Origin: Craspedostauros australis
Taxonomy: Eukaryota
Assembly (NCBI GenBank): GCA_030167865.1
Contig: JALAGF010003913.1
Location: 1 to 44,590 of the forward strand
Direction: 5' to 3'
Length of the DNA: 44,590 bases
Positions 12,566-22,852 of this stretch are shown piece by piece. How positions within the stretch are numbered: the first letter of the stretch is position 1; every line of letters starts with the position of its first letter. A model generated the notes under the pieces. It was not told where the DNA came from and did not search any database. It worked only from the letters and a program-made list of their open reading frames with translations. A program made the position numbers and the translations under genes.

Positions 12566-14380
12566 CTAGTTCGCCACCTTCATCTTGTCGGCCTCGGATG
12601 AGCGAAGCAACGCCAAAAGCGAGTCGCGATCCATGTACGAGCCCAAGTCAATATCGTTGCCACGCTTTCCATCCAAAACTCTGTACATGTCCATCACGGA
12701 CATATTGCTGTACTCATCATCGTTTGACCCTCCAGCAGCAGCAGCGGCTGTTGCTCCGTTTTGGTCATGGCCCTGATGATTCTCGGCTCCTTCTTTCATT
12801 CTTGTGCATGCATCCTTCAGCATCACGCACTCGTGCTGGTCGGCGAACTGCACCATGTCAGTCAAGGAAGCTGGTGTCAGATGGTCGTAGATCAACTCCG
12901 CTTCGATGATCAGTTTGAGTCTCCAGCACCCGAAGTGGTTTGCAACGACCAGCAAGTCGCGAAGACTATGGTGCTCGGCCATGCCATCGGAACTCATAAA
13001 GGATGTATCGGCTGCGTAGATGTACTGGAGAACGTACATGACGTGCGCTGGATGGAAGTCAGGAAGGGGGATGGTGGTGATGCTTGTTTCGGTGCTGGTA
13101 CTGGGATTAGAACCCGCGTCGACCGCCTTTTCCATGGTGGTAGAGGAACCTGGGGATTGGAATGGTGGTGGAGGTTGAATTCCCGAGTCGATCATCTTTT
13201 TGATGGATGGCACGGCGAGGAGAAGCGTGGCCTTGTTTGCCTTGATTGATCGTTGGGCAGGGCCGGAACCAACAACGAAGATGATATCCGCCAAATGCCC
13301 TTCGCGGAGAGCCCTGAGTTTGTCCTTGTTGATGCTGTTGTTGGTACTGATGGTCGGCATCTTCATGAAGTTTCTTGACTGTGCGCTCTTTCTTGCCTGA
13401 TCTCGATTGTTGTGCTTGATGAGAAGCCGTTGGTAATGGGTGGCAAACGGCTCGAAGGTATAACTCTCGGGGCTATGGTATTGAATACACTCCAGCGCAG
13501 TTTTGCCTCTGTTGTTTTTTATGGTGAAATCTGCGTGATAGACTTGCAATAACGTCTCATAACCGGAACTGTCACCCTCACTGGCTCCTTCACAAAGATG
13601 ATGGAGGAGAGTATTACCATGACGATCTTGAGCATTGATGTCATATCTCCCCGAGTTCAAGATACTCAGTGCGGGATGCTCTAGGTTAAGAGAGGAAATT
13701 TCGTGAAGAGGGGTTTTACCTCTTCTGTTTGTTGCATTGACATCGATGTTGGCCATTCTTGCGACATACTCCACCACCTCACGACTACTTTCACATAGAA
13801 TGTCATGAAGGACGGTGTTATCCCAGCGATCTCTCACAACGACATCCACGCCGCAGACTTCCACCAGGTACTTCACGAGGTCCAACCCACCTGAGTTGAA
13901 AGCGGAAAACCACGGCGTGCGACCGTTCTTGTCACGAAGTTCGATATTTGCACCCCAAGATTCCACCAAGTACTTCACAACTCCCAGATGATCATTCTCG
14001 GCGGCTTTGTGAAGTAGACCTTCGCCATATTCGGTTTGCATGTCAGGATCTGTACCCTCGCATTGCAAGAGAAACTTCAAGACATCCAGATGGCCGTTTT
14101 TGGAGGCAAGGTGAAGCGAGGTGGTGCCGTAGTAATTCTTGCAGGCAACCTCTGTGCTGCATGACTCCACGAGGTACTTCACGATCTCCAAATGGCCTTC
14201 TCGGGAAGCCACATGGAGCGCATTGGATCTGCATCTGCCACTGTATCCGTCCGACAACTTGATATCCTCAATGCGTACATGCGGATATCTTGCCCTGAAC
14301 CTCTTGACCTGGTCCATGTTGCCATGCTCAACAGCCTCGAAGAATTGTTTTTTGTCGTAATCACTCACGGTGGAGTCCAT
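12566..14380 (-). CDS. Ankyrin-repeat + BTB/POZ domain protein with C-terminal SAP-like helical tail
   Basis: Ankyrin repeats (NALHVASREGHLEIVKYLVE, TSLHLASKNGHLDVLKFLL, LLHKAAENDHLGVVKYLVE, GKTPLH, GNTLLH) are followed by a BTB domain (ADIIFVVG...IKANKATL...VLQYIY...LLVVANHFGCWRLKLIIEAEL...FADQHECVMLKDAC). ATG at 14380, TAG at 12566. Confidence 0.9.
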   Translation of the reverse strand: MDSTVSDYDKKQFFEAVEHGNMDQVKRFRARYPHVRIEDIKLSDGYSGRCRSNALHVASREGHLEIVKYLVESCSTEVACKNYYGTTSLHLASKNGHLDVLKFLLQCEGTDPDMQTEYGEGLLHKAAENDHLGVVKYLVESWGANIELRDKNGRTPWFSAFNSGGLDLVKYLVEVCGVDVVVRDRWDNTVLHDILCESSREVVEYVARMANIDVNATNRRGKTPLHEISSLNLEHPALSILNSGRYDINAQDRHGNTLLHHLCEGASEGDSSGYETLLQVYHADFTIKNNRGKTALECIQYHSPESYTFEPFATHYQRLLIKHNNRDQARKSAQSRNFMKMPTISTNNSINKDKLRALREGHLADIIFVVGSGPAQRSIKANKATLLLAVPSIKKMIDSGIQPPPPFQSPGSSTTMEKAVDAGSNPSTSTETSITTIPLPDFHPAHVMYVLQYIYAADTSFMSSDGMAEHHSLRDLLVVANHFGCWRLKLIIEAELIYDHLTPASLTDMVQFADQHECVMLKDACTRMKEGAENHQGHDQNGATAAAAAGGSNDDEYSNMSVMDMYRVLDGKRGNDIDLGSYMDRDSLLALLRSSEADKMKVAN

Positions 14381-14962
14381 GATGCTTGTGACTTGTGTTG
14401 GTCGTTGAATGTTGCTTGTTGTTCGTTGCTCGTTGCTGGTTGGTTGTTCAGATTTCTCGTTTTATGGGCTCTCGTGGCCTTGCCAATTTCTTCTCTTCGC
14501 CCACCATCCCACAGTTCTGGCGACGATTGCAATGATCTGCGCAGTTCTCGCGCGATGCAATGCATCACAGTTCACGCCATCACGCTTGCACTCGTGGTGG
14601 CAACCGAAGTCTCGCTCAACGCTCGCCATCTTGAATTGCCGCCAATACCAGCACACTGGAGCCTTTCATCTTGGAAGTGGCGCAGAATGCTGCAGTGCTC
14701 TTCCACAAAACCTGAAACGGAGATGATGGGTGCAACGCACGGCAGACATGAAGACACAGAAACAACGGCAAACGAGAAATCGGAGATGGAAACAAAGATA
14801 TTTCTTCTTCCCGGTATCATGTACACACGAGCCAATCTGGTCAGAAAAACAGCGAAAACTCTACAACTGGTGCTGCCGGTTCGCAGAGTGAGTGAGAGGG
14901 ATGGTACGCACTTCTCGCAAAGTCCCATTACTGTTGCTATTACTGCCGATACGGCTACATAT

Positions 14963-17900
14963 CTATTTGTTCCAGAAGCTCAGAACTTCGTTCAAAGGAA
15001 GCTCGCCGGTACCCTTCACGAATTCGTGCCCAGTTCCATGCCCCATGCGCTGCCTACCAGGTGTACCGAAAGAGAGCTCATCGTCGGCAGCACGGTGAAT
15101 GTCGTTCGCCATCCGGATAATGTCGGCCTGCTGTTTGGCCTGTTCATTCTGAATGCGCTGTTCCTCTGCACGCCGTTGTTGCTCTGCACGCCGTTGTTGC
15201 TCTGCACGCCGCTGTTGCTCCTGCTGTTCTTGTTGCAGTCGGATTTGCTCTTGCTGGAGCTGAAGCTGCATCTGCTGCTGTCGTGCTTGCTCGAGCAGCT
15301 GCTGTTGGGTATCATCGTTGCTGGACTGTACGAACTCCTTCGTTACCTTCAGGACAGCACCTTGACCGCTTGCGCCGCCAAAACTAGAGGCAGACGTTCC
15401 GCCGCTTGCGTCGGTTGCACCTGCCTGTCCCTGTCCCTGTCCTCGTCTTGTTTTTGGCATCCGTTGCAAGTTGCGACGGTGCTCTCTGCCACCCGCCAAG
15501 CTCGTTGATATCCCCTCGCGGACGTTGTCGGCTTGATTCTTGACTGGATTGGAAAATTGCATGGCCTTCTGGTTTGCTGCTTGCCCTGCGTTGGAGTTTG
15601 GCACGGTGGCAGCCACAGCCCCTGCAGCAACTGCCGCGTTGTTCGCACCAAACAGACCAGATCCGGGGAAGTCCATTCCAACACCACAGAACAAAGGAGG
15701 ATTGGTTGTCATGGTCATATTCGTGCTACCTCCCTGCGTTGACACCATGGCGGAGTTGAAGGATTCCGAAAGGGAATCAGAAGCAACAGAGGTCGGTCTT
15801 GAACTGCCGACAACGACCTTGCCTTGACTTGAGGTCGTCACTGATGTCGACGTTGTCACTGATCCGGTCGTGCCCGTCGAAGCCAACGCAGTGACTGCCG
15901 CAGCTCGCGCACGTGCTCGTTGGGCGGACCTCCCTCCTGTGCCTGACAGCGGACCACGCGGATTGGTCTTCGCTGCTGTCAAGTGCACAGAACTCACGCT
16001 CGAGCTTCGAGATGATGCACGTGACAGTGTACTCATGGAGCCAGTCTTGCTTTGGTGTGACATGACGGGTGCAGACCCGCCATTCGGCGGGACGCCAGCT
16101 GGATCTGGCACCTGGACAGGAGTTTTGCGTCGCTGACCATCTGGCTCCAACGTGATGCGCTTCTGTTGCATTCGCTGCGATGTTCCTGATCTTGATGCCT
16201 GTTTCAATGATCGCGTGGTATTGCTGCTGCTTGTTGGCTTCCACGGGATCGATTGTGGCGAGTTATCGCGTGACGGTGGTCCAGGCAGGATGCCACTTCT
16301 GATGTTGCCATTGACGGCGCCCCGGCTTGGTGATCGGCCTTTGCCTTGACCTCGTTGACGGTGGCGCACTGGGATCTTGGGTGACGTGGATCTCGGTGCT
16401 GGCCTCGCCTTGAATTCTGGGGACGGTGATGAACTCTTTTGTTTCATCGCACCGTGTCGGTCCGGGCTCGTTCGGGGTGGAGGCGACGTTCGGATCTTGA
16501 CCAAATTGTTGATTCTCACCGGGATTGTTGGTGGAGAGGAGAGTTTTGGCGCTGGACGTGCCCGAAACGGCTTGACCTCTTCTTCCGTATCCTTCTTGGA
16601 AAATATTTGGCGCTCAGGCGACAATCGGGTCTTCTCAGGCTCCATCTTTCTCACAGGAATGGTCGGGACGGAGAAGTTTGGAAGCGGTCTCGCCTTGAAC
16701 TTTCTTGCAACCTGCGTTGGACGATTCGCAGCTTCGACCGACAGCCGACTTGTCCGCAAAGACGAGTTGAACTTGAACGGTGCAGGCATTGTCACCCGCC
16801 GGTGTCTGTCCTCGAGACTTCCAACACCCTCACCGCTTCGTCTATCTCTGCGCATACTGCCTGTGTTGATTTCGACGTTCGAGAAATCAGGCATTGGACG
16901 TGCTCGAAATTGTGGAATCGGTCGTTGAATTGGCGTCTTCTTCTCAGATTGTCGCACATCCGTGAGGAAAGTGAACGGCTGCGGCGTCGTCAGCTGCTTC
17001 CTTCCCGCATTCGGTGGTCCCTTGTATGTGGCACGGTTCGTTGCCGGGGGGCCTGCCGCGAAATTTGGCATGGGACGCGCACGGAACTGGAAGCCTTCCT
17101 CTTGATTCTCGCCGGCGTCCGTGCTGCGCGAGTGGTGCAGGCGACTGTCGGTTCGTAGATTGAATGGCTGTGGCGTTGTGACTCGCCGTTTTTCGATTGC
17201 CGGCAACGGCGCAGGATTGGTCTCATGCATTCGGACTGGTCTTGCCCGGAATGGTTTCGAATTGAGCTGCTCCATGATCTGCTTTTCCCGCTCGGCCCTG
17301 CTCAGCGGCAGAACTCGCTTGTGAATTTCGTGAAACTTGGGTGCGTGCGGCACCGTCGTCGTCATTGCGCGATCTGAGTGTTCTACTCCCGAATCCGTTC
17401 GGAGGATCTGTTGCCACGAGGGTGTTTCGCCGCCCATCTGCGAGCCGGTCGGTGTGGACGATTTCTTCTCGCCGTATCTCGCGCTCGTTGCGAAGCTTGG
17501 GGCTTGTGGGATCGTCATTCTCATTCGCCCCGATGGTGAAGCTGGGCGCCCGTCCCTCAATCCTCTTCTCAGGATGTCTGTGCTGCTTGCAAGCGACAGC
17601 TCATCAGTTTTAGTCGCTTGGCGTTTGCGTTCTCGTGGCGGCCCGAAGCGTCGTTCCGTCGCAAAGCTCGGCCCGACGGGGATCGTCGGAGTTGGCTTCA
17701 CTGGCGGGGCCTTGAAGCCCAGCACGAGGTTCTTGTTGTGCCCGATCTTCATCTTCCTGGGAGAGACTCGACGATTCTTCTGTTCGATCTTTTCCTTGAG
17801 CTTGGCGATCCTCTCCTGCTCCTTGCGGTCCAGCTCTTCGCGCTTCTTCTTGGCGCGGTCGAGTGCGTCCTTCATTTCCTTCTTTGTTTTTGCGTTCTTT

Positions 17901-20900
17901 TGCTGACGGCGTGCGATGCGGGCATCGAGTCGTTTGCGCTCCTCTGCTCTCTTCTTCTTTTGCAGATCAATTCTGGCGCGCACACGGTCGTTCACGCCGC
18001 CATCGCGTTGGGCCCGAGACGGACTGTGCTGCCCATCATCTCGTTGCTCCACAGTCTGCCCCTTTTGTGTGCTTGAGACTGTTCCAACGAGTATGCGGCT
18101 TGGTACGGAACTGGGCGCGTTCGCTGGGCTAGTACCTTTCTCGTTTTTGTCACGGTTTGCGTCACGTTTCGCGTGCAACCCATCTACTTGGATGTCACTC
18201 GTTTCTGGGGGCTGCGCTTGAGCTTGTGATTGTCCTTGTCCTTGAGTTTGTGCCTCCGCCTTTGCGTGAACAGCTGAGTTCCCGTCTGCTGCGGCGCCAT
18301 TAGATTTCATGCCTTGCACAGCTTGGCTGGATTCGACGGACGTCAGTGAGGAGAGTTGCGTTCCTGCGGCGACTGCTGCAGATGACCGATCTTCATCGGT
18401 ACGACGACTCGCTTCGATCATTGGGGTGTTGTTCGTTTTGGTTCTGGTCTTGTCCAGCTTTGTTGCGCGATTTGTGATTGTGGTTGTTACAGTTGTTGTT
18501 GTGTTTGAGTTCACATGCGCAGTTGAATTTGCAACCGCGTTTGATGTTGTCATGGACCTCCCAGCCGTCTGCCTCGAATGAGGACTCGGGGACCCTGCCC
18601 TTGATGATACCGGCGACGATGATGCTGATGCTGTTGGAGATTGCTGTTTATCCTTCGCATTGCTCGACGCGGTCCCACGCAACAGCCTGCTTGGAACCTG
18701 CGAAGATCGTGGAGACGCGGAACGTTTTCGTTCGTCGTTTGGTGAGGGAGGACGATTCGGAGATCCACGTTTCGCCTGGCTGGACGCAGTCCCGCGAAGT
18801 AATCGGCTCGATACCGCGGTTCTCATGGAGGACGTGACCGTGTTGGATGCTGCTGCCTTCGTCTCCCTTGACGTCTTTGTGGACCTCTTCGTGGAAGTTT
18901 TGGCTTGTTGTGACGACACACGGTGTTGTCGACTCTGCCGCGATGATGAACCGCCGTCCCCAGATCGCCGACTGCGATGAGCTTGATTTTGATGCCCTGT
19001 GGATGAAGCTGTCCGTGGTTGGGACAAACGACTTGACACGGCTGTGCGTGTTGATGTGTTGCCACCTCGGCTGCCGATTGCGGAAGTGTTGGTCGTGCTG
19101 CCTTGCGATCGCGCTTGCGACTGCAATTGGCTGGATGCTGTGTCTCCTCTGGATTGCGCCACCAAGGCAACGGCAGCTGGTTTCGCTGATGCCGATGTTG
19201 ATGCCGCAACGAGATTCTGGGTCGTGTTTTCAATTGCAGTTCCACCCGCTGCCGTGGCGTACTCCGCCCGTGATGCTCTCTGGATGTTTTGGTCGGAGTA
19301 TTCCTTCTGCCCATCCAGCCGCTCCTCGTTGCTCGATGTTTGTTGATGTTGCTGCTGTGCTTGCTGCGACAGCGTGGTTGTGACAGATGCGACAGCATTC
19401 ATCGAAGTTTGATGTGAGGTCGTCACCGACGTTGCATTCGATACATGCTGTGTGGAAAGTTGCTGGTTCGATGAGATCGGCAATGGGGCATCAACGTCCA
19501 TTTCGGAGATGATGGTTGAATCGGCCGCCAGTTCCATGTACGAATTGCCATCCGAGGGTGACGCTTCGACATTGCCTCGGACCACGGTGGTCGACGCAGA
19601 CGTCGGTCGTTTCCGCTGCGGCGCGGTCGTAGTGCTGATCATAGTAGATGCAGTGCTGATGCCTCCGACACTCGCAGCTGATCTCGTTTGGCGAATCTGC
19701 TTTTGCTGCATCGTGCGTCTCTGTGTGGTCTGCGTGCGCTTGGACTGCTGACTAGCAGATGACGATCGGCCCTGTTGCGATGAGCCTGGTTTCTGCCCGA
19801 TGCGCATTCCACCAACGGACTTGGTCAACGACTTGACATCCTTCTTCGTTGCCTTGCGGCGTTGGTTTTTCTTGGACGTCTCCTCTGGCTCGAGCTTGGG
19901 CTGAGCTTGAGGCTTGGATTGTTGTTGCGGCGGCGGCGGTTGGTCTTCTTCGGACGGTGGGTCGTTGCGCAATGACGTTGGTTGTTGATACTCCTGCTCC
20001 GGAGGATCGGGACCATCGGCTCCACCCTGGAACGGCGAGAAAGTCGCCAAGCGTTGCGGCGCATGCTCCTTCGGATAGATCTTCTTGGCATCATCCGGGT
20101 TGTCGTCAGGGATTGGACGACGGGTACCTTTGCGTGGTGAGGCTGCCGCATCTGTCGCCGTAGTTGATTTCGCGTTTTGTGCATCAGCTTGCGTCGTATC
20201 AGTGCTTCCCCATTGCGATACTGCATCAGACAAGGACAATTGCTTGTTCGCCGTGTTTTGCGCGGGAGATTCTGATTGTTCAGTCGCTTGATTTGTAGCA
20301 TTGCCGTTGGCGTCGGTATTGGTATTGTTGGTGTTGCGCGTGGCTCCATTTGGACCATCTGTGATGGCTGCGATTACAGTTGTTGTCTTTGTCGTTGCGC
20401 CCTTTGTCGATTTTGCTTGGGACTTTGACGAGCCGCTCATCGTTGTTGTCGTTGTGGTTTTGGCGCGAGCAGTGGTTGCCCCCGTTGACGTTGATTTCGA
20501 GTGTGATGACCCGCGCCCCTTGGAGGGAGTCTTGCTGCGCGCATCAGACGATGTGACGCTTGTCCCATTCTTGACGGAAGGTGGCGCGGGAACCGGCGCT
20601 GGACTCTTTCGACCACCGGCCGAGGATGTTGGACTGGTGGCCCTTGCCCTGCTGGATGCGGTGCCTCGCAAGAGCCGGCTGGTGGATGAAGTGGACGCAG
20701 CGCCAGAAGATGGCTCTGTTGGCGACGAAGGGCGAGATCGGAGTGGTGACGTCTGTTTGGCCTGGCTCGATGCCGTGCCTCGGAGAAGTCTGCTGCTGGA
20801 AGTGAAGTTGGAAGGAGGAGAGCTCCGCTTCGATTTGGACGGCTTCGACGTGGTCTGCGCTGGTTTTGGTTGTGGTTTGCGAACAACGCCGCGGGCCGTG

Positions 20901-22852
20901 GGCTTGCTGGTGTCGACTGCTGCAACTGCCGCAACCTTTTGATCTGCGATTTTGCTGGCGCTGGTCTTGGTGGCAGCGCGGGCACTCGTGCGTTTGGATG
21001 TCGTGCTTGCTTTTGGTGGTTGCGATTCCATCGATGTCGATCCGATGGTTTCCATGGAAACGGATTCGTTCTGAATGTTGGAATTGCCCAGGGTGCTTGT
21101 GGCGCTGGTGACGGCCACTATCTCCGTGATTGGTGGGCCGCTGTTGCGATCATCCACATCATCGTGGTACTCGTCCATTTTCTGGCGATGCATCTCGAGC
21201 GGTCCATAGTCACGCGATCGAGTCTCGGTGATGGTCTGCTGCAGCTCGAGTTGCGTTTGGTGCGCCTGTTGTTGTTGCTGAACATCGTTTTGACGCCCTG
21301 CTATCGCCCCTGCGCTTGCTGTATCCGTGGCGACTGCGGCGGTGGTGCTGGTGTTGGTAGCGAGGTTTCTTTCCTGTGCCTCCTGATCGAGCTGCCGCTG
21401 CAGGTTGACTGTGGTGGTGCGTTTTGCAGAGGCCGTGATCCTTGTGTTGTTGATGTGAGATGGCTTGATGCTCGCTGGCGTGGCCCCTTCCATCGCCAAG
21501 CGTTTGACCTGCGAATCGGTGAGGCCAGCGGATGGATTTGGCTGGTGCTGCAAGGTGGGACTCGTGATGTCAGACATCGTGGGAGAAGCGAAGGCTATGT
21601 CGGAATGGTAGTGAAACAAGTGATTGTTCTCGCTCTCGAAGCCTCCGGGAGTGGCGTGCAGTTGGTGGTGCGATTGTTGTTGCGATTGCTGGTGATGTGA
21701 TGCGATCGGCTGAAGGCTATCCATGAGATTGTTTCGCAGCTGCGAGTCGGATTCGTTGGATAGTATCCGATAGAAGATGGCGTCGTCATCATCATCTTCC
21801 TCAAATTGCATCTGCTGCTGTGATCCCGAAACCGTGGGAACTGCTCTGGGCTGTTGTTGCTGTTGTTGTTGTTGTTGTTGTTGCTGGCGTTGCTGTTGTT
21901 CCTGGAACTGGAGCTGCTGTTGAATCAGGTGTTGAATCTGGGCATCGTCCTCTTCCACAAGCATGGGAAGTTCGTTGCCGTCGTCGCCGTCGCCGCTTTC
22001 ACCAAACAGCATTGTGTGCTGCTCTGACTGTTCCTGGTCTTGGAGATGGTGATGGTGAGCATCCATCTGAGCATCCATCCGAGCAGCGGCATGTTGATCG
22101 GCATGAACAAGCTCTTCGGCGGCAGGTTGCGACGATGTGGCCTCCTCCTGGTTCAATCCCAGAGCCATGACGTTCTGCTGAAAGGTGTGCTCCGCCTCTG
22201 CCAAGAAGCCCTTGAGGGAATCTGGCACGTAATCCTCTTCATCTTCGTCTTCGTCGTCCATAATTTGATGGATGCCATCGGCATTGTTGCCGGACGTCTG
22301 GGTCGCCTGATGGTCTGGATGCGCGGATACTTGCGCGTTGCGGGCACCATCCGCCATGATGAGCTCTTCGTATCCGACGTGATGAGGGGCGTCGGCTGCT
22401 GGAGCCACGGTATCCACAACGTTCACAACGGTCTGTTCGTGGAAGACGGTCTGCTCTTCCACGACGTGCTCTTCCACGACGTGCTCCTCCACGACGTGCT
22501 CCTCCACAGCGTGTTCTTCCATAGCGTGCTCTTCCACGACGTAGTCCTCAACCAGAACAGGTATGGGTTGGGAATGGTGCTGTCCCAGCTGGTAGGTGTC
22601 GTCCACAGCGTCATCGACAACGTGACTGGCATCACCGTAGCGACCATGGTCGACGTGCGCATCAAGTCCGTGTTGCTGCATGAGCACATCGAGACCGCCC
22701 GCATCGACAGGATGAGGTGGAGAAGCTGTCATGGAATCTACCCTTCGGATCTCGTCCGTCTCCACTTCCAGCGCTCTTTCCACATCCGCAAACATGTCCT
22801 TCCACGAATCTGGGATGGCGTCATCATCGTCGAAGTCATTCGTGTCCGCCAT
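14963..22852 (-). CDS. Very large (2629 aa) low-complexity protein with C-terminal TPX2-like repeats; probable microtubule-associated protein
   Basis: Single 7.9-kb ORF; the first ATG is at 22852 (the track start at 22963 is GTG). The N-terminus is acidic/Q-rich and the middle S/T/R-rich. A coiled coil is followed by TxPxPFxF and FRARP/FKARP motifs (TTPQPFNLRT, FRARPMPNF, LTTPQPFTFLT, FRARPMPDF, TMPAPFKF, FKARPLPNF, FRARPAP, FKARPAP) typical of TPX2-family proteins. Confidence 0.8.
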   Translation of the reverse strand: MADTNDFDDDDAIPDSWKDMFADVERALEVETDEIRRVDSMTASPPHPVDAGGLDVLMQQHGLDAHVDHGRYGDASHVVDDAVDDTYQLGQHHSQPIPVLVEDYVVEEHAMEEHAVEEHVVEEHVVEEHVVEEQTVFHEQTVVNVVDTVAPAADAPHHVGYEELIMADGARNAQVSAHPDHQATQTSGNNADGIHQIMDDEDEDEEDYVPDSLKGFLAEAEHTFQQNVMALGLNQEEATSSQPAAEELVHADQHAAARMDAQMDAHHHHLQDQEQSEQHTMLFGESGDGDDGNELPMLVEEDDAQIQHLIQQQLQFQEQQQRQQQQQQQQQQQQPRAVPTVSGSQQQMQFEEDDDDDAIFYRILSNESDSQLRNNLMDSLQPIASHHQQSQQQSHHQLHATPGGFESENNHLFHYHSDIAFASPTMSDITSPTLQHQPNPSAGLTDSQVKRLAMEGATPASIKPSHINNTRITASAKRTTTVNLQRQLDQEAQERNLATNTSTTAAVATDTASAGAIAGRQNDVQQQQQAHQTQLELQQTITETRSRDYGPLEMHRQKMDEYHDDVDDRNSGPPITEIVAVTSATSTLGNSNIQNESVSMETIGSTSMESQPPKASTTSKRTSARAATKTSASKIADQKVAAVAAVDTSKPTARGVVRKPQPKPAQTTSKPSKSKRSSPPSNFTSSSRLLRGTASSQAKQTSPLRSRPSSPTEPSSGAASTSSTSRLLRGTASSRARATSPTSSAGGRKSPAPVPAPPSVKNGTSVTSSDARSKTPSKGRGSSHSKSTSTGATTARAKTTTTTTMSGSSKSQAKSTKGATTKTTTVIAAITDGPNGATRNTNNTNTDANGNATNQATEQSESPAQNTANKQLSLSDAVSQWGSTDTTQADAQNAKSTTATDAAASPRKGTRRPIPDDNPDDAKKIYPKEHAPQRLATFSPFQGGADGPDPPEQEYQQPTSLRNDPPSEEDQPPPPQQQSKPQAQPKLEPEETSKKNQRRKATKKDVKSLTKSVGGMRIGQKPGSSQQGRSSSASQQSKRTQTTQRRTMQQKQIRQTRSAASVGGISTASTMISTTTAPQRKRPTSASTTVVRGNVEASPSDGNSYMELAADSTIISEMDVDAPLPISSNQQLSTQHVSNATSVTTSHQTSMNAVASVTTTLSQQAQQQHQQTSSNEERLDGQKEYSDQNIQRASRAEYATAAGGTAIENTTQNLVAASTSASAKPAAVALVAQSRGDTASSQLQSQARSQGSTTNTSAIGSRGGNTSTRTAVSSRLSQPRTASSTGHQNQAHRSRRSGDGGSSSRQSRQHRVSSQQAKTSTKRSTKTSRETKAAASNTVTSSMRTAVSSRLLRGTASSQAKRGSPNRPPSPNDERKRSASPRSSQVPSRLLRGTASSNAKDKQQSPTASASSSPVSSRAGSPSPHSRQTAGRSMTTSNAVANSTAHVNSNTTTTVTTTITNRATKLDKTRTKTNNTPMIEASRRTDEDRSSAAVAAGTQLSSLTSVESSQAVQGMKSNGAAADGNSAVHAKAEAQTQGQGQSQAQAQPPETSDIQVDGLHAKRDANRDKNEKGTSPANAPSSVPSRILVGTVSSTQKGQTVEQRDDGQHSPSRAQRDGGVNDRVRARIDLQKKKRAEERKRLDARIARRQQKNAKTKKEMKDALDRAKKKREELDRKEQERIAKLKEKIEQKNRRVSPRKMKIGHNKNLVLGFKAPPVKPTPTIPVGPSFATERRFGPPRERKRQATKTDELSLASSTDILRRGLRDGRPASPSGRMRMTIPQAPSFATSARYGEKKSSTPTGSQMGGETPSWQQILRTDSGVEHSDRAMTTTVPHAPKFHEIHKRVLPLSRAEREKQIMEQLNSKPFRARPVRMHETNPAPLPAIEKRRVTTPQPFNLRTDSRLHHSRSTDAGENQEEGFQFRARPMPNFAAGPPATNRATYKGPPNAGRKQLTTPQPFTFLTDVRQSEKKTPIQRPIPQFRARPMPDFSNVEINTGSMRRDRRSGEGVGSLEDRHRRVTMPAPFKFNSSLRTSRLSVEAANRPTQVARKFKARPLPNFSVPTIPVRKMEPEKTRLSPERQIFSKKDTEEEVKPFRARPAPKLSSPPTIPVRINNLVKIRTSPPPRTSPDRHGAMKQKSSSPSPEFKARPAPRSTSPKIPVRHRQRGQGKGRSPSRGAVNGNIRSGILPGPPSRDNSPQSIPWKPTSSSNTTRSLKQASRSGTSQRMQQKRITLEPDGQRRKTPVQVPDPAGVPPNGGSAPVMSHQSKTGSMSTLSRASSRSSSVSSVHLTAAKTNPRGPLSGTGGRSAQRARARAAAVTALASTGTTGSVTTSTSVTTSSQGKVVVGSSRPTSVASDSLSESFNSAMVSTQGGSTNMTMTTNPPLFCGVGMDFPGSGLFGANNAAVAAGAVAATVPNSNAGQAANQKAMQFSNPVKNQADNVREGISTSLAGGREHRRNLQRMPKTRRGQGQGQAGATDASGGTSASSFGGASGQGAVLKVTKEFVQSSNDDTQQQLLEQARQQQMQLQLQQEQIRLQQEQQEQQRRAEQQRRAEQQRRAEEQRIQNEQAKQQADIIRMANDIHRAADDELSFGTPGRQRMGHGTGHEFVKGTGELPLNEVLSFWNK
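15160..15216. repeat. 18-bp coding tandem repeat (EQQRRA x3)
   Basis: ctctgcacgccgttgttg-type units repeated three times inside the TPX2-like ORF. Confidence 0.8.
21850..21900. repeat. (TGT/TGC)n trinucleotide repeat encoding polyglutamine
   Basis: A run of tgt/tgc on + reads CAA/CAG on - and encodes QQQRQQQQQQQQQQQQ. Confidence 0.85.
22453..22545. repeat. 15-bp coding tandem repeat (VEEHV/A x about 6)
   Basis: ctcttccacgacgtg-type units translate as VVEEHAMEEHAVEEHVVEEHVVEEHVVEEQ. Confidence 0.85.

Noticed and set aside
14192-15508. 438-aa plus-strand ORF with Leu-rich, TM-looking stretch
   Set aside because: It overlaps two minus-strand genes, and the Leu runs are the reverse complement of Gln/Glu repeats.
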